A stretch of 61,418 nt of DNA, taken from positions 1 to 61,418 of the forward strand of contig NOWV01000292.1 in NCBI GenBank assembly GCA_003344405.1. The letters are read 5' to 3'. The stretch comes from Trichoplax sp. H2. Lineage: Eukaryota. The notes under the pieces are model-generated. The model made no database searches. It was given only the letters and a program-made list of their open reading frames with translations, and was not told the DNA's origin. Below are positions 44,591 to 57,192 of this stretch, piece by piece; within the stretch, counting starts at the first letter, position 1, and every line of letters begins with the position of its first letter. The position numbers were made by a program, and so were the translations under genes.

Positions 44591-46421
44591 ACGCGTAGTT
44601 ATCCATTAATATAGAATCAATCAACTTGATATCGATGATGAAGTACAACAATTTCAAGGCTAAAGATTGCTGTACCTAGCTTAGCATAGGTACGTATTGA
44701 AGCTTTATTTCAGTCTATTAAATTAGGCAATTACTATAAATTTGAACAACCGATTCTACTGCCATTCTCCAATTGTAGACTCGCATAACTGATATCTACG
44801 TATTGCACCTATCGATATTACGATTTGAATGGGAGTCATCAAGCTAACAAAAATTGTACAAGATCGAAAGTGTCTGCATCGATGTTTAAAGACTGCCCTC
44901 GGATTACACTGTCTCTCCTAGCAGCCTATCCATATTATAACTAGCATGGCAGCAAGCCTTTAACGCGATTGTAAAATTGTTGATAGTGCTAGCAGGAGAA
45001 TAAACGTGGAATTTGTCATAGACAGTTGGCTTATACTGTATATTATTATTAATCATAACAACAGCACCCATCAGAATTCAACAGCAACCAAATGTATACT
45101 AATATCAAGCTATATTAGGTCCTTATTCCTACTATCTGGGTTAGAATCTATCCAATAACATCCATAAACTGTTACTACTTACCATCCAAGCACAGTACTC
45201 TTTAAATTTCTCTTTCTAGTAGAGAGAGATTGGATTGAAGAAGAATGGCGGCCGCACCAAAACTTTTTTTTTCCTTGCCTTACTACAGTAGTGTATGTAT
45301 GCAAAGTGGACTTGATACCAGTCCATTCACTTATGCAAAATAGATGTCGTAAGTTAGGACAACAATTTATAGTATATCATAAAAGCTGTACGATCTCTTT
45401 ATGCGACATCTATTAAGCACATTTGGGTAAAACAGTAAAAGAGAAATATTGTCATCCCCTTGCTATCGTTTGGCCATCGTAAGTAGCATACTAACGACGC
45501 AATAGCGACATTATTTTTGCTTGCAATTTGTACAGCAACACCATGACAGATTCCATCGGCAGACTGATCAATTCCCATCCATTCGATCGGCGACTATACC
45601 GTAGACTGTACGGAATTGGCCGTAGTCTACTCGTAAGCGATCTTCTAGTAGTCGATAGTAGGGTATCATCACTATCACCTACTGAAGGACTAACCCCGAG
45701 CGAAATAGTTGTCATGGGTACAAGCTTACAATAATATTCCAACGCTACCCATGACATGTTATTTTATCTAGACTATTCTTAGTCATTCACTTTATCTCTG
45801 TTGTGACGTTTCGTACTGACTTCTAGCGGTCATACTAGATATAGGGTACTGTTCAAGAATAGCGATAATGTCCATACTGTAGTATACTCGATCGGACGAT
45901 CAACTCCACCGATCCATTTACCTCAAGGCATCCGGCGGTCATTGATTTTGCCAGCTGCAGTCGGGGATTTGCTTTCATATTTGCTGTCTTCTTCCAACTC
46001 TTTCCGAGGCATCCAACTTATAGACTTGCAAACAAGCTTTACCAGGTATAAAACTCTATGATGAACAGTTCAGTTATTGGGCTATTTCAATTAAACTACC
46101 TCTTTCGATCCAGCAGTCGACGAGTCTTCAATCTCCATACAGCTTATTTTATACGTAAAAATGATGAACAAATGGCGTACAATCCCTTGCCATGATCTTC
46201 ATCTCCGATTTCAGTAATTCACATAATGTTAGACACTTAGTAGTTGCCTAGATGATTTTAAATTCAATTTTGTCCATCGACTGTAACTATGCGCGTTCAA
46301 TAGTCTTACTGTGATTCATAGACTGTAGCAATGATGCACAAGACTGCAAAAGTCATCATGGTTGATTACTGATGGACGAGTATATCGCACATCCTATTCT
46401 AGGTACGTCTGATTAGACAAG

Positions 46422-47690
46422 ATGCAAGATCCTAACGAAGACACAGAATGGAACGATATCTTACGCCAAAAAGGCATTTTACCACCAAAAGAAGAGCCAA
46501 AGGAGGAAGAAGTGGAAATAGCCCCTCCTGACAAAAATGTCGTCTCTCCTGAAGGAAAACCTTACCAGGAAATGAACATGGACGAGCTGGATGAATTTGA
46601 AGATGATCTAGACGAGCAATTTTTCCTAGAGTACAAGTAATATATTTCTATCTTATATATATATGACACATACACACATGCAATAGTTAAATCCCTTAAT
46701 AACGGTATCGTAGAGAGGATGAAACTCCAAAATCGTAGCAACTAGACGTACAGTGCTTACCCTTCTAGCTGTATGACATGCATTTTAATAGTAGTACAGT
46801 AGTATACGTGTAGATAAAATTTGTTACAATTAAAATCAAATCCCAATTGGACACCATAACCGTACGCTATTTTTAACATATATATTCATATTAGGCGAAA
46901 ACGATTGTTAGAAATGCAAGAAACGGTAAAGAGGTCACAATTTGGTGATCTCAGAGAAATTTCAGGACAAGACTATATTCAGGAAGTTACCAAAGCTGGA
47001 GAAGGCATCAATGTAGTCCTTCACCTATACCAAGCAGGGTATCAATCTTATTTTACTGTTATTAAGCCAAAGATTATACAATTGTATCATTAGTTTAAGA
47101 AATAAATTTGAACACTCTGTATCACCATAATGTAATGCCTTGTATTCAATTTTTCATTCAGAATTCCATTATGTAAATTAATCAACAATCATCTATCAAC
47201 CCTGGCTCAAAAGTTTCCCGAAACCAAGTTTCTTAAAAGTATTTCTACAACTACTATTCCGAATTATCCAGATAAAAACCTCCCGACTATCTTTGTTTAC
47301 AACAATGGAGAATTAAAGGGGCAATTAATTGGACCTTTTAGTTTTGGAGGCATGAAACTCACTATCGATAGTAAGTCTGTTGCTCACTTTCCTTGCAAGT
47401 ACTGTACTGATAGACGCGTATTGTATACGATTTTGCCAAATTAATTAACCACGGTGATAGCATACCACAGAATAAAGTTTCTCTTCGATAAGATCAACAT
47501 AATACTGTTTTGTAACATATTAAATTCTTCGACGTATTAAAATGATTTAGGTTTAGAGTGGAAATTGGCCCAGTTTAAAGCTATTAAGAGTGATTTATCT
47601 GAAGATCCTACAGCTGCAAATCAAATTCGTGATGTTATGTCGGACTCTCTACGTAATCAAAATGATGATGATGATGATGGTGACGACTAA
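46422..47690 (+). CDS. PDCL3: Phosducin-like protein 3 (PhLP2/VIAF, CCT co-chaperone), 4 coding exons
   Basis: Exons 46422-46636 ([24 protein letters not shown]), 46895-47038 ([20 protein letters not shown]), 47162-47370 ([13 protein letters not shown]...[15 protein letters not shown]) and 47551-47690 (LEWKL...acidic tail, TAA). Confidence 0.93.
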
Positions 47691-49126
47691 TGATTCTAGA
47701 TACACTGTACGGTATTATAGATTAATGGAATGTATAAGATAGTCTATACAGCAACTGGTATCACTGGTTGATAGCTACCATTATCTGCTATGACATTTAA
47801 ATTTAGCTTTATATGAACTGACAGAATAAATGGTCTTTATTACCCAATGCAAATTATTACATCGCATTTCTGATTCAAACTGTATCATTTATAGACATAC
47901 ATAAAATGAAGTACTCCCGTATTGTTTTTATTCTTAGAAAATTTTATTCAACTACAGCTAATCTTCTTACCGGTTGTAAATATTGAATATACGCAGTTAC
48001 AGGATTAATAATTGTGATAGTTGATGATTTTATCATAAATTCCAATGTAATTGTACGGTGTATTAGCCAAAAAAAATGCTTGTGATACTTTATGAATTAT
48101 TCCATGATAACTTATTACGTTCAGTTTATAAAATTGCTACCTGATTTGTCCTTCAAATGTAGAGCTGGTATCTTTATTGATTGTATTACTGAGTATACGT
48201 TACGCGTATGTTAACAATAATACTGATACCTGTTGATAATGGAGTATAAAAATGCCGGTATACTTGACAGGAATAAAGATTAACATTTCGTACTAGATAT
48301 TTCGAAAATAAGGAAATGGTCATAGCATGAAATAAATTGATATCTTGATAAATTTATAATGCTCGATAAGCACATTTTAGAAACAGTCACTAGCGATATT
48401 CATTATAATTAATTCATATTGCAGTTAATCGCATAGTAAGGTGGATCACATTGTGAAATTGTACACTTCTTTTTTAGATCTGCTATATTACAGAAAGCAC
48501 ATAGGATAAATAGTAAAATAATACTTCAGTACAGCTGTTTGTCGTTGCTGCATGTATAAATTACAGCAATAGTAAAAATTTATGCTACAGTAGAGCCATT
48601 GGAAAGAGTAGTACAACTTTAATTACCGTACTCAATGGCGTTATAGTAATAAAAATTGTAACCTCAGATGCCATATAAAAATTTTGATCCAAACATATAT
48701 TAAGGTGACTGAAATTGAACCATTGAGACAGAAGTATAACGTACACTATAGTATCGATAGCTCGTGCCCGATTTTTAAAGCATCTTTTTAATTACTAATC
48801 AATTTCAAATTTTATAAATATCGTATTGTATTAGTAAATAATAGCAGGTACTACTAGCAATCTACTTGCGATAGCTACTGTAAGACGAGAGAAGCTAAAA
48901 TCTTAAGATCATGTGCATTGGATCTAAAAAATGGATTGAAAACTATTTCTATTATAAGAATGAGGTTAAACAAATATGGATCTGTCAAGAATTTAAAAGC
49001 GTCATAGACTTTAAAAAAAACCTGCAAATAAGTTAATACATGATTTGTGCAAAAAACGATAAATAAGTGCTTAATCAAGGATGAAAACAATAATCTCGAT
49101 CTTAGCTTGTAGCTCTAATTTTTTAG

Positions 49127-49453
49127 TTAATTTTTTTCTTGCTTCTTTTGATATTCTTGAACTTTTTGATCAAGAAAAGCTTCCATTCTATCCGTTTTAG
49201 ATGATGTAAAGCAATACATAGCGCTCTGTTCGTTGGAGTCGACAGCTTCAAAGGTAAAAGTTCCATTTGCGGAACCATAGCGTGATATTGTCGTCAATGG
49301 CCACTCGTATTCCTGTTTTTTGCTTTTACTAATAAATTCAAGCTTGGTTCTGGATATGGTTATAGTTCCTTTGCCTACTACTATTCCTTTCTGATTTAGG
49401 AATCCAACCCGAAAGGCAGCCGAACCTTTATTCTTTGATAGAGCTTTTCCCAT
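49127..49453 (-). CDS. 108-aa N-myristoylation-motif protein comprising a single IRS/FRS2-type PTB domain
   Basis: MGKALSK fits MGxxxS/K. FRV...G...GKGTITISRTKL...WPLTTISRYG..FTFEA...MYCF aligns by eye with FRS2 FKV...GSGIMELTDTEL...WHYLCLRRYG..FSFES...IFAF. Confidence 0.75.
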   Translation of the reverse strand: MGKALSKNKGSAAFRVGFLNQKGIVVGKGTITISRTKLEFISKSKKQEYEWPLTTISRYGSANGTFTFEAVDSNEQSAMYCFTSSKTDRMEAFLDQKVQEYQKKQEKN

Positions 49454-51375
49454 GCTAACTTATACAGTAGGAATTAAACGCTCGCCTTTAATTTCCCTGT
49501 AACGAACGTAATATGATTTGTACAGAATGAGTCGAAATCCACAAGGCGAATTCTAACTTCTCAAGTTTATGTAATTTAAAAAATTTAAACACTACTAGCT
49601 TCCATTTGGACGACTAATGGTTGTAATACTGCTTTCGTGATAACGATTCAGGTAATGTACATTATAACTTTAAAGATATCTAATGGCAGAAAATAACTGG
49701 TCTACCTGACGTTGATAAGTATTTTTATTAGTAACTAGTAAAAATTAAATATCTTCAAATGATTGATCATAATGATTACCTTTTAATTTTAGCGATGCTT
49801 TTCTTGGAATAAAATTAAACTATCAACCAAATCAAATATATGATGTCGCGGTATATTTGCTGTACCTTTGTTAATTATTATTTCCAGTTAATATAGTTAA
49901 TTATATTCAATACTATCTAGTTAGATTCGAGAATTAAAAGCCCTGCCCACACGAATAATTTGATATTAGCTTTTACAGCAAATATCGATTAATTATAGTC
50001 TATAGAATTAATTAATAGTTAATTGCTATTCATGAACTCAAACTAGACTTTAAAAACCATAATAAAATTAGAAAGTATAGAGCACCTTCATTAAATATTG
50101 TCGCTATACTACAGTACAAAAGTATTTTTGACTATAAGCGTATACTTTAGTATTGATTAGTTACTGAATTCAGTATATCACCATTGGTAGACTTCGCATA
50201 TAAGCATCCTATATAGTGTACCATCATCAATAATAAAAAGGATACAGATACTATAAGAATAAATAGATGCTTCAACACAATACGCTTCGTTTGTATTGTT
50301 TGTTTATTGTACTCTACAAATGCCTTAAGTTATAGCAGAATAGTGGCAAGATTAGCAGTACTTAGACCGAGATATATTTCAATCACAGTGGATTAGTGAT
50401 TCAGCGGCAATGTTCTTGCCCCCTAGCGTATAAAGTGTTAAATCTTACACTATTAAGAGTTGTACTATACAAAATTTGCACTATGTTCATGAGCCAGCCG
50501 ATATACATGTTCATGGTGAATCAATATATCGGATAGAAACGTCGCAATAGGATTATCAGTAGAATTAACGAGAGAATATGTAAACGATGCTATTAGGTGA
50601 TGATGTATAAATGGCTTATATTAAATCGTTATCTAATACTATTAGAAGTCAGATTGATCTATTATATTAGTCTTCAATTCATATGAATAGTAATACTATC
50701 ATTAATTATTTATTTTTAGCTAAATCATGCAAATAGATACAAAACTTAGCCAATAGTAGTGATTGAAATGTTGAAACACGTATTTATCATTGATAGAAAG
50801 TAAATTATAATGTACAGTATCATCATTTACGCCACTAGGCTACTATTATGACCCATTGTATAAATAATTCCAGGTTTTACAATTGTAGTAGGACTTAATA
50901 GTTTAATAAAATAAATTTATGGATCATAAGGCAACAAGCCCCAAACATGCTTATACCCTTTTACTATTGCAAGTATTAATGATAAAGTACAACGCCATCT
51001 GCATACTCTACATTAATTAACACTAGCTAGCTAAGCCGGATGAATATTAGAGATATTAATTTGAAGTAAAAAATTTTATTTAATAAAAATAATTATCTCC
51101 TTTACTAAATATCATTCAGGATGATATGGCTTACCATTAAAACATTTCCTGTAAAAATAGGCTATAAATCTACATATGTATATACCATCTCAAATACTAT
51201 GTTTAACATTGGAAATATGGAGTTGAATACCACGCGTACTTATATGAAACAATATCTAAAAATTTCTGTACTAAAATTCTGGATAAAAGCAATCTATATC
51301 TGTATATCTTGACATACGGTATATCACATTCATTGATACTTATGAGAATATCACAATATTAAGCAGGCATTCATT

Positions 51376-52902
51376 CTAAAATTCCATTGCTCTCTCTTTA
51401 TCCCGATCAGGAAGATTTATCCCTTTATCAGCATTATCGAAAACATGAAAATAGAAGTTTAGTGTTTCTTGATAATTTTGTAAACTTATTCTCTCATCAA
51501 TTCCATGTATTCTCTTTAAATCTGTCGTAGCTGATAAACAAGACGGCGAAAATCGATAAATATTTCTAGTTAAATGCAGATAGTGTATAGTATCTGTATT
51601 TCCAATCATAACAGATGGTATAACTGGCACATTTTTAAACACTTGGCGAACACTCTTATAAATAACCTTATAGCCAAAAGAATCAATGGGTGATAATCTT
51701 GGAGGATTGTAAGAGTCTAGTATTTTAAATTGTACACGATCATCATTAATGATGGCTTTATCGTAGTTGATAACCTCAGTTACCGATTGGGATGGATGTA
51801 TACGATGATTAATAATAGCTGTAGCTGATGAAGAGCCAACATTGATTGAATCACTGTTAGAATGGAACATAGTTAAAGCTGTGGTCGTCTTAATGTAAGC
51901 ACGCGTTGCAGCATCCGCATCGAATTGAAGACTTACAACATATGAAAACAGCCATAAATTTGTCATGATTATTCGATAGGAAAATCCCATTAGAGGAGCC
52001 AAATGTTCCAACATTATTACTTCTGGTCCACTACCGAATAAATTACGATGGCCGACTCTTTCTAACGTCGAAACAGCTTGAGCTAGAATACCAATGTTTG
52101 AATTTACTTCTGGCACTATATCATGATCAGTACCGTTGGCTACTGTTAACTGAAGAGTAGCATAGCCTTTCTCAGTAATACCAACAAAAGCAACAGGCCC
52201 TTTTACACCAGGTGCTCCGTCACTAACAATCATCATGCCTTCATCCAAAATAAAATCGGGCTCAACCCCTCTATCAGCTAGTATCTTTCCAATATGATAA
52301 GCTCCATGCAGACCTGTCACTTCTTCATCATGACCGAAAGCCAAGTAAAAGGATCTTTTGGGCATGATTTTCTTACGTAAACGAAATTCTAATGCTTCCA
52401 TCAAGCCGATAACACCATTTTTATCATCTAGTGTTCCTCTACCGTAGATAAATCCATCCACAATATGAGCACTAAATGGATCATAACTCCATTCGTCTTT
52501 CTTAGCAGGGACAACATCGAGATGTGCAGTTAGCATATACGGTGTTAACGCTGGATTGCTACCGTTGATGGTATAAAGAAGACTATAGCTGTTGATTATT
52601 TCACGAGATATAAATGATGCATTATGAATGAGAGGATAATTATCGACAAGATGTTGATGAAGTGCAAGAAAAGCCGATGTATTAAAACTTTCATTTTCAT
52701 TAAATATAGTTTGTAATCTGAGTGACTGTTGAAAACGTTCAATAGCTTGCTGCGATAGATGGATAAAGTCATCATCTTTAACGCTACATTCGCCTACATT
52801 AACCTGATGACTAGGAAAAGTTATCATTCTAATCGTTACGATTAGCGTAATGCTCGCAATAGCACCAATAATAAATCTTATTATAAAATTGATGACACCC
52901 AT
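51376..52902 (-). CDS. PM20D1-like M20A metallo-amidohydrolase, copy A, intronless, 508 aa
   Basis: N-terminal hydrophobic anchor, metal/catalytic motifs AHLDVVP, RGTLDDK, GHDEE, LDEG, plus NHRIHP, GNTD, YRFSP and IHGIDERI. Confidence 0.9.
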   Translation of the reverse strand: MGVINFIIRFIIGAIASITLIVTIRMITFPSHQVNVGECSVKDDDFIHLSQQAIERFQQSLRLQTIFNENESFNTSAFLALHQHLVDNYPLIHNASFISREIINSYSLLYTINGSNPALTPYMLTAHLDVVPAKKDEWSYDPFSAHIVDGFIYGRGTLDDKNGVIGLMEALEFRLRKKIMPKRSFYLAFGHDEEVTGLHGAYHIGKILADRGVEPDFILDEGMMIVSDGAPGVKGPVAFVGITEKGYATLQLTVANGTDHDIVPEVNSNIGILAQAVSTLERVGHRNLFGSGPEVIMLEHLAPLMGFSYRIIMTNLWLFSYVVSLQFDADAATRAYIKTTTALTMFHSNSDSINVGSSSATAIINHRIHPSQSVTEVINYDKAIINDDRVQFKILDSYNPPRLSPIDSFGYKVIYKSVRQVFKNVPVIPSVMIGNTDTIHYLHLTRNIYRFSPSCLSATTDLKRIHGIDERISLQNYQETLNFYFHVFDNADKGINLPDRDKERAMEF

Positions 52903-53504
52903 ATTGACAAGCAGTATCTAATAGGTAAAATGATGGTTTTACCTTGTTGTAAGCATATCATTACCACGATGTTAGCTAATTAACTCTATCTGTGGCCTAC
53001 GCCGCTGTCCTAACCAGTACCTTCCAAAATAGCTGTATCAAGCAAGCAAAATAACTGGTATACTCGTAAAACCTCAGATGACCGCTTGACTCGGTTTAAT
53101 GTCCTATGGCAACGTACTTTGTATCTGATTTGCATCCGATGATGTTTGAGCCGGTTGGCAACAACTTATTGCAAACACTGTAGTTGATATATAATATCAA
53201 AACTTCAAGTTGTAGCTTGATTCTGCTTCGGTTCTATAGCAACGCAATCTGCTAGGCGTATCTGATGATACTTATACTAATTGACAGCAGCAAGTTGCAA
53301 ATAGATGGCATACGTACAGAACAGAAATCTCAAGTTATACCTCCATTCAGTCTTCGATCCTATGGCAAGCCAAACTGATGAGCCTGTTGGATGATATTTG
53401 TACCTGTTGGCACCATCGATAATTAACCAATTGCAAATGGCAGTAGAAAAACTTCTAGTTCTAGTTAGTTAAACAATAATAGTACACACCTCTCTCCTCC
53501 TACT

Positions 53505-53590
53505 TGCACAGTATACTGAATACAGTCCTATACAGTAGTGTACTATAGTACCATATAATAGTGTATATTGTACAGGATACTGCAGTCGGT
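53505..53590. repeat. Short degenerate TACAG tract between the head-to-head PM20D1-like genes
   Basis: CACAGTATACTGAATACAGTCCTATACAGTAGTGTACTATAGTAC...TGTACAGGATACTGCAGT, about 100 bp before the ATG at 53689. Confidence 0.6.
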
Positions 53591-53688
53591 GTCGAGAGAT
53601 TCAAGATTGGCCGCCATTGATTGATTAGCTGACGATATTTGCTCATAGCTATTCGTATTAGCCGTTGCTGGTAACTCTTGCAAAAGAA

Positions 53689-55215
53689 ATGAAAACAAGA
53701 AAGATTTTATCGCTTATACTGAAATCACTGTTACTAATATTAGGCGTGATTATCGTTGCAGTTATTATCAGAACTGTTACCTTCCCTGACGCTCAACCCT
53801 ATTTTGAGAAGTGTAAAGTATCGGATTCGGACTTTATCCCATTAAATGATGTAAGATTGCAACACTTTAGAACTGCTATTCAAATACCAACGGTATGCAC
53901 ATCTATCGATAATTGTAATTTCACAGCCATTCTACAATTGCATGATCATATTCAAGAATCGTTTCCACTTATCCATTCATCCAACTTTATCCAACGTATC
54001 TTGTTTGCAAATTATACCTTGTTATATCGTGTTGAAGGCACAAATAGCACCTTACCTCCATACATGCTGGTTAGCCATCTAGATGTAGTCCCTGCCAAGG
54101 CTGCAGAATGGCAAGTTGATCCCTTTTCAGCCACTGTTAAAGATGGCTATATTTTCGGTCGAGGTACACTTGATGTCAAGCAAACGTTATTCGGTATGAT
54201 GGAAGCACTAGAATTTAGACTGGCTAAAGGTCAAAGACCTATTCGTACATTTTATATGGCGATGGGTCATGACGAAGAGGTATCGGGTCTCCGAGGTGCA
54301 AAAGCGGTTGCCAATTACTTTTCTTCACGAGGAATAACGCTCGACTTTATTTCTGATGAAGGGATGGTCGTAGCGGATGGCATATTACCAGGCATGCAAA
54401 CCCCCGTCGCATTAATTGGTATCGCTGAAAAAGGTATGGCAACATTCGAATTTAGTGTCTCTGTCACTCCAGGACATGCTTCAATGCCAGCTGGAGAAAC
54501 TAGCATTGGCATCTTATCTAAGGCTATGGTATCATTAGAGCAAAATCCCCATGAGAACTTCTTTGGAAAAGGACCCGAACGATTATTGTTAGAGTACGTA
54601 GTAAACAAAATGACATTACCGCATCGCGTTCTAATGGCTAATTTATGGCTTTTTGGACCTCTAATCGCTCGCGCATTTGCATTAAAACCGAATACAAACG
54701 CAATTATACGCACCACTACCGCCTTAACTATGTTTAATGCTGGTGTAAAGTGGAACGTCATTTCATCAACAGCAAAAGCAGTGGTAAACCATCGTATTCA
54801 TCCACTGCAATCAGTGGCGGATGTTCTCAAAATTGATAAAAAAATAATCCAAGATGATCGAGTAAAGGTTAAAATACTCAGTGCATATGAACCTTCACCG
54901 ATTTCGCCAACCGATTCTGATGGCTATCGAATTCTGCATCAAAGTATATATCAAATATTTGAAGTACCCGTAGCTCCAGCACTTTTCATTGCGTCCAGCG
55001 ATTCGAAACACTTCGTCAAACTCAGTAAGAATATATATCGATTTGCACCTTCCTTTTTAAACAGTGCTGAATTAAAGGGAATCCATGGAAACAATGAAAA
55101 AATTAAAATCAAAAATTATGAGCAAACCATCAATTTTTATTATCATTTAATGATTAATGCTGAAAAATCTGCAAATTTAAAATCAGCTTTTGACAAAGGT
55201 CATCAAGATCTATAA
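53689..55215 (+). CDS. PM20D1-like M20A metallo-amidohydrolase, copy B, intronless, 508 aa from ATG 53689
   Basis: The ORF track starts at a TTG and the first ATG is 53689 (MKTRKILSLIL...). Motifs SHLDVVP, RGTLDVK, GHDEE, SDEG, PGHASMP, RTTTALTMF, NHRIHP, YRFAP, IHGNNEKI. Confidence 0.92.
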   Translation: MKTRKILSLILKSLLLILGVIIVAVIIRTVTFPDAQPYFEKCKVSDSDFIPLNDVRLQHFRTAIQIPTVCTSIDNCNFTAILQLHDHIQESFPLIHSSNFIQRILFANYTLLYRVEGTNSTLPPYMLVSHLDVVPAKAAEWQVDPFSATVKDGYIFGRGTLDVKQTLFGMMEALEFRLAKGQRPIRTFYMAMGHDEEVSGLRGAKAVANYFSSRGITLDFISDEGMVVADGILPGMQTPVALIGIAEKGMATFEFSVSVTPGHASMPAGETSIGILSKAMVSLEQNPHENFFGKGPERLLLEYVVNKMTLPHRVLMANLWLFGPLIARAFALKPNTNAIIRTTTALTMFNAGVKWNVISSTAKAVVNHRIHPLQSVADVLKIDKKIIQDDRVKVKILSAYEPSPISPTDSDGYRILHQSIYQIFEVPVAPALFIASSDSKHFVKLSKNIYRFAPSFLNSAELKGIHGNNEKIKIKNYEQTINFYYHLMINAEKSANLKSAFDKGHQDL

Positions 55216-57192
55216 ATTAGTATATCCTATCCTTTCTATAACCGTAAAGGGGAAATAATACTGTCTGCCCTCGCAGTAATGCTACACTTTCAAAATCTCT
55301 TGATGATCTTATTTATCTATTAATTGTTAAAGTATATTTACGAGTACGTTTTCGTAATACCAATTGATTATAATTAGTGGACCAAGTCGAAAAATTCATA
55401 TAAACCTGACTTTGTACCTGATAAATTCCACTCTAAAATGTAGTTTACGCGTATATGCAAGTGTAGACAGTTTTGTCTATAGGTAAAGACTTTTTAATTA
55501 TACGAGGATCTAATTCATTTTATTTACCATAATTAATGATATCTGTAATATATAATTTGTATCATTCCACCGGTTTATTTATCTGATTATCAAGCTATTG
55601 TAATACAGTATTTGAGATGTATATGGGCTACCAGAATTGCGTTTGCAAAATTGATCTCTCACTTTAAAATATTGTAAGACTTATTTGCCGTCTCTTGCAA
55701 AGTTCCTAAATTTGTTATGGTAATATTTGTAGCTATCTAACAAACAGGCATGGACTGCTTCCATCTACAGACAAAGTAGCTGTTCCTACCGACCAACTGC
55801 TCCCAATTTTGTTGGTTATCTATTGTGTTCTGAATCTCATTTCTTTTGCATAACTTGAAGTACTATTAGTCACAGGCAATGATTAGCTAGCATATATTTT
55901 CATTAATAAATTCAACAAGAAGCAAGCTCTATCATGTCCCTTTTAATAGAGCTAAAAATGTTTTCTGTATAAGAGTATCTACCAACAGGATTGCAAATAA
56001 GATGATCTATTACTGCTTGCATAAGCCTAAAGTACGATTATATAATATTACGGAAGCCAAAAGATACGAGAAAAGAGTTTGATAGTCGCTAAACCTTACA
56101 TTAATTATGAAACTGACTTAAAAAATAATTGATATCGGGAAAAATAGTTATAATTTAACCCATGTGCGAATATGAAATGCATGAAAATTGAAGCTGATTA
56201 AAAGTGTAACAGTAAAGTATTCATGCATGCGTTGAATAATATATGTACGACATCTAGAATCTTAAAAAGACACAGTATAAGATTTGATATTAGTCACTCA
56301 TCCACCTAGTAATCTTCATCATATTTATTTTAAGCTTAAATTGGTATTCACTATAATTAGTATTTCGTTAGAGCTCATAAGCACATATTGTAAAATTTAC
56401 GAAATAAAAATAATAAGTTTTCCAATGCAGCTTTACACATGTTATTGGAGATGGTTATCTTTAGTTAATAGTTAATTTACTGCCTGTATTTTGATCAAAT
56501 TGCAGGGTTAAGGCAATGAGTTTGAACCCAGTAGTTGATGAAAAAAGTTACTACATCAATTTACTTAAGGTCAAAAATTTGTTATATATATATTTGTTTG
56601 CATTTGGATAAATGGAATTTTTGATATTACATAAAGTTTTAACTCTGAAATGACGGAGATTAGATCTAAAAATGAGCATTATCCACAGAAGATGAAGTTC
56701 AAACAAAAATGATAATAATTATTATAATCGGACAAGTTGCTGAGATATGCACTGTAATTAAGGACTTGATTTTAATTAAGGATGCTAACATTTTCAATTT
56801 TGATTACTATGTCTGCCTACATATTATAATAATTAAAAATAGCGGTTCAATATCAGCTTTCTACATTTATCAATTAGAAAAAGAAACTAGCTATATTTTA
56901 CTGATTCGCTCATCACCTGAGTAACAAATCATCAATTACTTGATAAAAATGCTGGCAAATACAAACCCAAAATTTTATATCTCACAACTATCACTGTACA
57001 TCTAAAACAGTTTCTTTCTGATATTTTTACATATAATTAAAGGTATATAGGACTGTTTTGTTCATAAAAAATTTCTATTCGATCTAATATCCACTTTACG
57101 ATAAGATTGTGATAAATAATACATGATATAAATTACGTGATACTGCAGTTTATAGCATAATTAAGTCTAATAAAATACACAGCCAATGATAT

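Noticed and set aside
45491..46200. Short ORFs and exon-like segments between GLS and PDCL3
   Set aside because: Splice-like signals exist but no continuous frame could be built; more likely promoter or UTR sequence.
54315..54761. 148-aa antisense ORF (likewise 28972-29479 and 57461-57649)
   Set aside because: Shadow ORFs opposite well-supported coding exons.
56502..56540. tRNA/SINE-like B-box GTTTGAACCC
   Set aside because: No cloverleaf, A-box or second copy could be built.
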